Positions 52,097 through 59,964 of a stretch of 59,964 bases of DNA are shown piece by piece; the first letter of the stretch is position 1; every line of letters begins with the position of its first letter. The notes beneath the pieces are model-generated. The model had not been told where the DNA came from. It was given only the letters and a program-made list of their open reading frames with translations, and made no database searches. The translations under genes were made by a program, and so were the position numbers. The stretch is from Perkinsus olseni (lineage: Eukaryota), in contig JABANN010000004.1 of NCBI GenBank assembly GCA_013115125.1, forward strand, positions 124,001-183,964, in the 5' to 3' direction.

Positions 52097-53663
52097 TCAA
52101 ACGTTGGTAGCTGTAGTAGAACGTCCCTCGCCATTGATCAATGGGCATTCCAAATCAGTATTATGATGATGACGCCAGTACGCATCCTCCCCAGCCGCCT
52201 TTACCGGATTGGCAGGCCTATCGTGAGCGCCTCCACCACCATCGTCATCAGGCACTTCTGTGAGCCTCTCGAACTGGGCTTCCTCGGTCGCGTACCTGTT
52301 GGAGGATATATGGGTATTAAGATGTGACCGGGAATGATACCTTACCTTATCCGCAGAGTGGAGTATGTGACTATACCAACGATCGAGACAGCTACAGCTA
52401 TCGTTTGACGGAGGGATAACCAGTCATCGAAAAGCACCACGGACATCAACTGAACGTGGAGTTGAAGACAGCAAGAAGGAGTGAGCCGAGACTTACAATG
52501 GTGGCGACCTCTTTCCCGATGCCAGCAATACACAGTGTTAGACTACTGGTCACTTCCACGAGACGATACTCGGTGAAGAGCAGGAGGAAAGCCAGGACTG
52601 CCGTAGCACATATAATGCATAACGGGAGGGCCTGTGAGAGGCATGGCAGTGCCGATGACTGATCATGTTCTCAGAATCGAAAGCTAATGTATTACGAGAT
52701 GTTGAACTCCCGACACATCAGTAGGTATAGCCAGATGAGGTGCATCGAGTATGATGGCTAGCGGTAGGAGGGCGAGAGCCGATATGGGCTGTGTAAGGTA
52801 CCTGGAGAGAAGCTGAATTGAATGAAGAGGGCGCCCATTACTATTACATCAGCTGTACTGCACTGAATTGGGTGCACTGAGTCTGTACCAGCACCCAACG
52901 AAATGCCGTACATAACACGGCCAGTGCTACGAATAGGATGCCTAGCCAGTCATCTACTTGCATACCTGACGGGGGCATCATTGCCGATACCTGTGATGAT
53001 AGTGGATAGACCACTCACCGGGGACACTAGATGATATCGCGATCATGATTGTGAGGGCACAAGCCATGATGGGCCATCGGAATTTCTCGATGCCGAAGAG
53101 TAACTATTTATCAAATGACTGAAGAAGCATCATAGGGTGCAGGTGTATTACCCCGACTAGGTAGGTTACTACTACTGCGCTCGACTTTACGACAGTCATC
53201 GCCGTGATTGATATCCTTGAGTAAGACAGATTGGAAAGTCCAATGTCCGACGCTGCACACACAGCAATTGGTACGATCCTGAGAATGTATCCCGGTACCG
53301 TTCGGAGCCGCTGCTGGGATTGTTGCCCTAGTGTTGTTCTTACGCCCGCATATACTCTTTGGTAGATATCACTGGTCTCTCAAACTTGGAGGGCCAGAGA
53401 GCAAACAATAGATACAGGACGATGGATGTTGTCGAGAAGTGTATAAAAGTTACGATGAGGGGAAACTTGACTCCAAGATTAGAGAACAAGTATCTGAGGA
53501 TATCCTACCTGAGCGGGTGCCACAAAGAATCTTATTACTTGTTCAAAGCCGTAATCGACATACTCGTCACATACCATCCCAGTACCGCCAATGCAACTTT
53601 GAGCAGCTGACGAGGTGATAAATGCTCAGGCGTTGAGGATGACATTGAAGGTGAAGTGGCCAT
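52097..53663 (-). CDS. Triose-phosphate/nucleotide-sugar transporter family (SLC35C2-like)
   Basis: LGWYVTSMSITALNK, FPLIVTFIH, DIGLSNLS, TVVKSS, FRYVLVWY, SLTLCIAGIGKE, GIVTYS. Confidence 0.88.
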
Positions 53664-53830
53664 TCGTCAGTAGTCAGTTGGATGATGATGATGACGATAG
53701 GAGAGTATAAGGCATATAATTCAAACGTGCTTGACTAACGACGACGAGGGTGAAGCAGCAATCACTGCAGCACGGAGGGCCCTACCTTACGAACTCGATA
53801 CATTGCCCAATAGGAGACATGAGCTAACCA

Positions 53831-54833
53831 TTAGAGTATACCAGCGATCATGTATTCACATTTACGACAGAACAAGGCCTGCTGAGCTGTTGTGGCGTAC
53901 CGATCTCTGGTGCGGAATACATGACCACAATTCGGGCATTCCACCTACGATTATGTATCGATTGTTGTTGGACGGAGTATGAGATTCCATACCCTGATGA
54001 GGAAGCCTCCTCCTTCTGCTCCTCCCCCTTTGGTAGTCTCCAAGGATTCCTGTGCTAACTGGAAGTTGCTAAGGTTGGCCCTACGTGCCCGACTCTGCTC
54101 TGGTGCCACTACTGCTGCGCCGGTGTTGTCAGTATCCTGATACCACGGGATGAGGGAAGGATAATAGCAAGAGATTACGGGGGCTGGAGATGCTGAGGAA
54201 GTGGTGATAATGTTGCCATCTGTATCCTGCTCTCGAGGGTATGATAACATTTCCTAGGATGAATAGTAGAAGCTGTCTGCAGCAGGCGATTATACATCAT
54301 CATCATCATCATCATCCGATTCTTCCCCTCCCTCTAGGTGTCGAGTTATTCTTTCGACTTCCTCTTTATGACGTAATGCTGCAGCGAGCGATGACAGAAG
54401 GCAGGTACAGAGGGTACATATACCCAGCACTGCCACACCGATGTAGCTAGGAATGATCAGGAGGAAGGAGGAGGAGGAGCCAAGACTCTCAAGTAGTCTC
54501 ACAGTATAAGCGGCTTCTCACTGCACTCTGCGAAGGCTGTATCACATTCCCCTTGGCATCGTGTGGAGTACCTCGGATGATGCGAACTCGCTAATGTGTA
54601 TCCGTCATGGTGGTACTCTTCCTTCTCATTTTCTATATCTATCCGTTCCTCCTCCGTCAGTGTATTAACTAGCTCCTCCCATCTGCCATACCTTCCCTTA
54701 CAGACAGCAGCCTCTCTAGTAGCACATACCTCCTCATGCATGCATCAGAGCACACTGTTTCCTCTCTACGACAAATACTCTGCTCCTCCGATGCTGCCAC
54801 TATAAGGGCTATCACAGGTAATAGTAAAAGCAT
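53831..54833 (-). CDS. Single-pass membrane protein with Cys-rich ectodomain and C-terminal C4 zinc ribbon
   Basis: Spliced: signal MLLLLPVIALIVAAS, CRREETVCSDAC...[38 protein letters not shown], acidic linker, VECPNCGHVF...LFCRKCEYMIAGIL*. Confidence 0.65.
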
Positions 54834-55083
54834 CTGCCCTGCATCGATCCTGCCCCATCCACATCCACCTTTATTACAGTGATAGCCAAGTGCAGCGGCC
54901 ACTGTTCCTTCACCTTTCTGCTCCGTTGGATCCTCTCTAGCTCAGCGACGCTAAGCATTGTACGAACTAGCTGTGATTAACAAGCTGCGGGATGGTACGG
55001 CTCTCATAGCAGCACATAGAACTTCCCGATTCATGCTCAACACAACAGGCAAAGACTTGAGACAATAGAAAAGCAATGTTTCT

Positions 55084-57388
55084 CTAGCCAACATCACGTT
55101 CAACATCTGGCTCGGTATCCTTCATAGTCCTTCGTCTCTTTTTATACTGCTGTTTTAGACTGTGAATACCACGGGCTCCGCTCGGCGAGGCCGACCCCAT
55201 ACCAGATTCCAAGAACGCCTCGCTCATACCTGAGAGGATCCCCATACTCCCGTACTACACCGTACACCCAGTATAACCACCTCTCCGCCCGAGCATATCC
55301 TTCCTCCTCGAACCAGCTGATAATGCAAACCTACTATCCTCAAGGGACTGGTCTGCCTTAGCCTGAGCTGCTAGGACTTCGTCCGTAGTAGTGAGACTGG
55401 TCTTCTTTTTCTGCCCCTTCAGACTTTCACCATGTGGTCGTATAACCCAGCGTGCGAGGTTCTTATGCGTTCGGGACTCCAAGGAACCCGGAGTGACGGT
55501 AAGTTGGGAAGTGCATAACTACGGCATGATATGGCGATAGGCGTTTCCGGAGTTATCTTACCCCATGACAGCTCATATCATTCACTGCTCCTAAGACGGG
55601 TACCCCATTAGTAGTGAATCCTGGTGGGTTAGGGCCGCCTTTATCGTAGATATACACCCTCTCATCACGCTTGAGGACCTTGAACGATTCCTTCCCTACC
55701 ATCAGTGTTAGACTACCATCAGCCCATTCGACTAACCTGAAAGGCAGTCTCATCGGCAAGTACCCTCCCAGGCGTGATACATCGTTACTACCGTGCATTG
55801 GACTCAATCTCCTTATTGTCACTTCCTTCTTTGAACCGCCACCGTATAGAGTTCTCAGCACGGCTAGTCATGGCCGCTCTGCTCTTCTCGTCAGGGCACT
55901 TCTCCAAGGCAGCAGCATGTAACATTGGGAATGTATCACGAGAGAAGGGTATCCTGAAAGAGTAGCTTTGAGTGAGCATCACAGGAATATATACATACGG
56001 ATCGATCCCGGTAACAGTGGGCATGAGCTTCACTATGTGGCAGCGTCCATCAGAGAAAACATCACTAGGAGCATTATCGTGTACCTATAGCGAATTTCCG
56101 CAACGAGTGCCATGGTCCGTGACGCACCTTGACAGTATGGACTTTGGCCTTTGGTGATTGACTCGCTTCCTCACTCTCATCATCGCTGTTAGTGCTTTGC
56201 TTGTCATCTTCCCCACTTCCTCTATCTGGGCCTAGTCCGGTGCTCGAAGCATCACTCATGTCATCGTCCACATTGACTAGGCGCTCTTCAGAACCCGCTT
56301 CGCCATTCCTATCGCTCATCACTCCAGCACCCTGGCAGCAACACAGCTGAGCCGAATCGAGTTGCAGTAACTTTGAACTCGCGGATGTATGCTACAGTAG
56401 CATTGCTACTACTTTGTATGCGGTTTGGCCTACTCAGAAGGGAGTCCGCCGTTTGGTATCCCAAACGTGAGTAAAACATCGGACCATACGCATGGCGAAC
56501 GGGACTAGATGGCCTATTATTTCGTCCGTCCATGGGGGGACATTCGTCGATGATCCTTATTTCACCCGGATCAATGCCAGTTTGGGGCAATGCTCAGAGG
56601 TTTCAAGAAAGCAGGTCTATGCCACCTTGGTAATAGTGGCTGGACGTAGGTTGTACAGACGACGAAGATCAGGTTTTGCCCTTCCCAGATGGGGGAGAAC
56701 CGCGTAAAATAATGAGAAGTAGTTTCGCCCTAAGCCTCCCTTTCCGGCTGCTTCTGTCCTCATCTCGGGCCCCCATGGTATGTAGCTCAGGAGATCAATA
56801 TGGTCTACAGTCCTGCACGCCGTGGGAAGATAACATTCGACCCAGAGTTTAGCTTGAGGCTGGGCCTTGCAGAAGACCCCCTCCCGAGAATTACATCTTC
56901 TTTCTGCTTCTGCTCCCCGCCAGCAGCCTGATCATCCTGGACGCTGTCGTCATCGTCGGACTCTCCAAACAGGTTGTCGCTATCACCCGATGAGGTTCGG
57001 TCTTTAGATTCTGTAGTCTTCTTGTTCTCTGATTCCGTTGGCCCATCACCAATCTAACATAATAACTCTGAGGTCTATTCAGCATGACACGGCGTGGAGT
57101 TCCACGGGAGCGAGTCGTATCATCTCCAACAGTATACCGCCCGCTTGCTCATAGTACCCCTTCGTCGTCCCCGAATAAATCTCCATCAGTGCTACCATCA
57201 GCAGGTAGTTCAGCAGGTCCCTTGCCTACAGCACCTTCCTCCACTGCTGCCTGTTCTGCTGCTGCAGTACTAGTGTCTTTCCCCTCACCACTCGCCGCTG
57301 GTGTTTCTTTCGTATCGGGCTCACCATCTGACGAGTCGGAAGACGATGAGGACCCGAAGAGATCCGAGTCGTCGCTGGAGACAGACAT
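55084..57388 (-). CDS. LEO1: Paf1 complex subunit Leo1
   Basis: Acidic N-terminus with DLFG repeats; Leo1 core AENSIRWRF...ESNAR-LVEWADGSLTLMVGKESF. An in-frame alternative ATG lies at 57442. Confidence 0.88.
56332..56894 (-). ncRNA. Candidate structured ncRNA within a 563-nt LEO1 intron
   Basis: GT..AG intron about 10x the local norm with many nested complementary segments. No known family recognised. Confidence 0.35.
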
Positions 57389-57839
57389 TATGGGAGTATC
57401 TTGGCTATCTTGGCTACCAAAGGATAGTACACTACCCTTCATGCACGGCTATCATCGAACAATCAATACAATAACGGAATCTATGAACGAATTCATAACA
57501 AGATGATGTTCGACGCTGTTCGAGGGATGCTGTGAAGTCTGAATAAGGGAGGTGTTTCGAAGAGATCGCACCTGAGTTCCAATGGCGCTCTCAGCCGTGA
57601 ATATGGTGTGAACAGAGTGACCTTGCTCTTGAAACGTATGTGAGGTCCACCGAACACATGGATCGGAGCGCCAGGTTTCGCCAACTCACCAAACTTGGCA
57701 AAACCCCTTTTCGGTTGTCCAAACGCGTGGTTGGCGAAAGCTGGTCTAGGCCGCCCTCAGACGGGAAAACACCAACGCAGAACAGAGACCAACCGGGTTT
57801 GGCCATATTTCCCGCTGATGGCGCGATTAAAATCATTTT

Positions 57840-58249
57840 CCTAAGGAGAATGTTATTTTCCTAAGGAAGAAATCTCGCTCGCCCTTGGCATTTTTCTAAG
57901 GAGACTTTGCACTTTTCTAAGGAGACTTTGCACTTTTCTAAGGAGGCTTTGTACTTTTCTAAGGACATTTTGCATCTTCCTAAGGACGTTTCCCGGGCGT
58001 AACTCCCACCTCTTACACACCGCAGCCTTCGGGTTTTTGGTGAAGGTCGCCCGAAGGGCGACCTGAGTCGGGTTTCGGGTTCACGGGGGTTACGGTCTGT
58101 ACTCCACTAGGTCGTGGTTTTCTTTTTTAAGGCCTACCAGCCGAAGTAACCTTTAGTCGCTGTCTTATACGCGCGCGTGCCGCACGACGCGCCGGCGTAT
58201 TTTCGGGCGAGCGAGATTTCTTCCTTAGGAAAATAACATTCTCCTTAGG
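57840..58249. repeat. Perfect 45-bp inverted repeat pair (57840-57884 / 58205-58249)
   Basis: cctaaggagaatgttattttcctaaggaagaaatctcgctcgccc and its exact reverse complement. Confidence 0.95.
57892..57990. repeat. 21-bp tandem repeat, ~5 copies (ttttctaaggagactttgcac)
   Basis: CTAAGG core at 57896, 57917, 57938, 57959 and 57980, with copies degenerating to the right. Confidence 0.92.
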
Positions 58250-59964
58250 TTTCTGCATTTCACCCTGATGGCGCTTCGCCAAAATTTGAAATGCGCTCGC
58301 CCGCGCGCTCAAACCTGTCGCTGGGATTGGGTTTCGCCAAGATACGGTTGGTGTCTTCTGTGCTAGGAACAGAAAACAGTTAATTTAGAGGTAAGTTTCG
58401 GCGAAGTCTGCTGGTTTTACGTAAAATCACCTGAAATGACGCGTTATTTTGGTGAGAAGTTCGCCACAGGGAATTCACCAAGTTTGGTGAAATGTGGTGC
58501 CCGTCCAGATTTCGCATAAAAATACTTCCAGACCTGCTCGGTAGCGTATTACGCCATAACTGTGTCGTCCGAATCTGCTTGGTGGAGTTCATTTGCGCCT
58601 TGAATTCGCCAACAAAATTTAACACTCGACTTCGTGTCACCGTGACGTCGACATCATGAACACTCTCATGCCGCTTGGATAATGACTCATTGCTAATGAG
58701 GATAGTGATCACACGAGATGGGGCTCTCAATGACCTGGCACTACCAGGCTGGCAGTGTTGAGTGGAACGGAAAACCTCTTCGGGAACGCGAAGAGAGTTG
58801 CCAATACAGAAAACGGGGTGGATTGGTCGCGAAGTAGGGATGGATAGTTGTTGCCTTGACTTCCGAGTGTCTCACTAGTGATGCGGAGGTGGCCTCGCGG
58901 AAGTCAGTGATTGAATGGAGCATCACTATTCAGACGACTAGCAGACTACTAGTCTGAGACTACTTTCCTCCTCCGGATCACTACTGGCCTAAAGTCGGAC
59001 TGGACTAGCCCGGCTGGTTACTTTTCTACCGCGTAGGCGTTTCATGGCAATGACTGTAGAATCTACAGTGTGGATGGACTGGGTAAGTTCGATTCTCGCG
59101 TATCGCTTAGACTAGCACTCCGATCAGTGAACACGTCATCGTGACGGATATGCTCTTCGAGTTCGTCATATTTGTTGTCTCATTCTCAACCTCGTTGACA
59201 ACTCAGTGCTATTGTTTTTCGGTCATACGGAAGTTCAGTGGTATTTTATTGGGCGTCGGTGTGCGAGGAATGTTTCTCAAGTGGATACGGATACCCATTG
59301 GGCACTGAACGTTGAAGATGTGGTATGTTTGGTGCCTGAGCACTCAGAGACTTCATACCATCACACTCTACGAAGGGCTGCGGTGAATGTCATTCCTCAC
59401 ATGGGGGGTCTTCCGTTGCTTCTACCAGCCATTCAGCATCACGTCTACGAGACACCTCACTGCAGATAGAACGCGTCATTATCAGAAATGCATACAACCT
59501 GCATTAGTTTCAGAGAGCATTATGAGCAGACTTAACCGGCACCGAATAGTTATCAGAAGGACCTTGTGGCAAGGTCAAAGCGGGAAAGCAGAGATCTCGG
59601 CTACTGAAACCTTCGGAGTCGATCATCAGTATTTACTATAATTATTTAATTGCTGTTAGAGTGGGCTTTGTCCTGACATAGGCCGGCTTTAACAAGCAAA
59701 ATCATGGGAACTTGAATCAAGGCAGTTGAATAATATTCAATAAACGCATTGACAAAGCTTCGTTGAATGCATAATACACCCAATGGTCATTTGGGTGTAC
59801 ACTCAATTCATAGGCTTCTGAAGCCTTCGGCGAGAGGGATGAAGCTTGTTCACTCAAATGGGATACTATTGCGTAAAAGCCCTCAACGTCTCACGGAAAA
59901 GTCAATTATCACAAAACATGATACACCCAGCCATGCAGAACAACAAATCTACTTAATCTGTCTT

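Noticed and set aside
56727-56736. GCCCTAAGCC as a possible telomerase template
   Set aside because: Would specify CTTAGGG, which I cannot tie to this lineage; it lies antisense to the host intron and is plausible by chance.
57892-57990. Regularly spaced repeats as a CRISPR array
   Set aside because: Head-to-tail tandem units with no unique spacers, no cas genes and a eukaryotic context.
59100-59964. HNTPNGHLG, resembling a Ty3/gypsy integrase zinc-finger start
   Set aside because: Frame is full of stops, with no CxxC, DDE or RT motifs; at most an unverifiable relic.

Overview
Gene-dense eukaryotic protist DNA with many short (mostly ~40-60 nt) GT-AG introns, very short intergenic gaps and (CAT)n/(AGC)n runs. 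The style fits a perkinsid alveolate (Perkinsus-like), but this is inference, not proof. The ORF track fragments almost every gene, so models were rebuilt by manual splicing and some ends are approximate. Recognisable genes: two tandem Mei2-like RRM genes, an MBOAT acyltransferase, TVP23, a Yop1/REEP protein, RPB10, a CLC channel, ABCE1, NOG1, a BAP31-like protein, PUS1/TruA, a C2CD3-like protein, an MFS transporter, an ERp29-like protein, RPS12, a LicD-family protein, ALG10, an SLC35C2-like transporter and LEO1. Less obvious items: (i) a tandem pair of divergent twin-CX9C genes largely invisible in the ORF track; (ii) a 563-nt, heavily self-complementary intron in LEO1 (candidate structured ncRNA); (iii) a 439-bp TA-flanked Tc1/mariner-type MITE; (iv) a receptor-like protein with a mirror-symmetric Cys ectodomain and a cytosolic C4 zinc ribbon; (v) a folded RPS12 intron; (vi) a complex inverted/tandem repeat element at ~57.7-58.6 kb.
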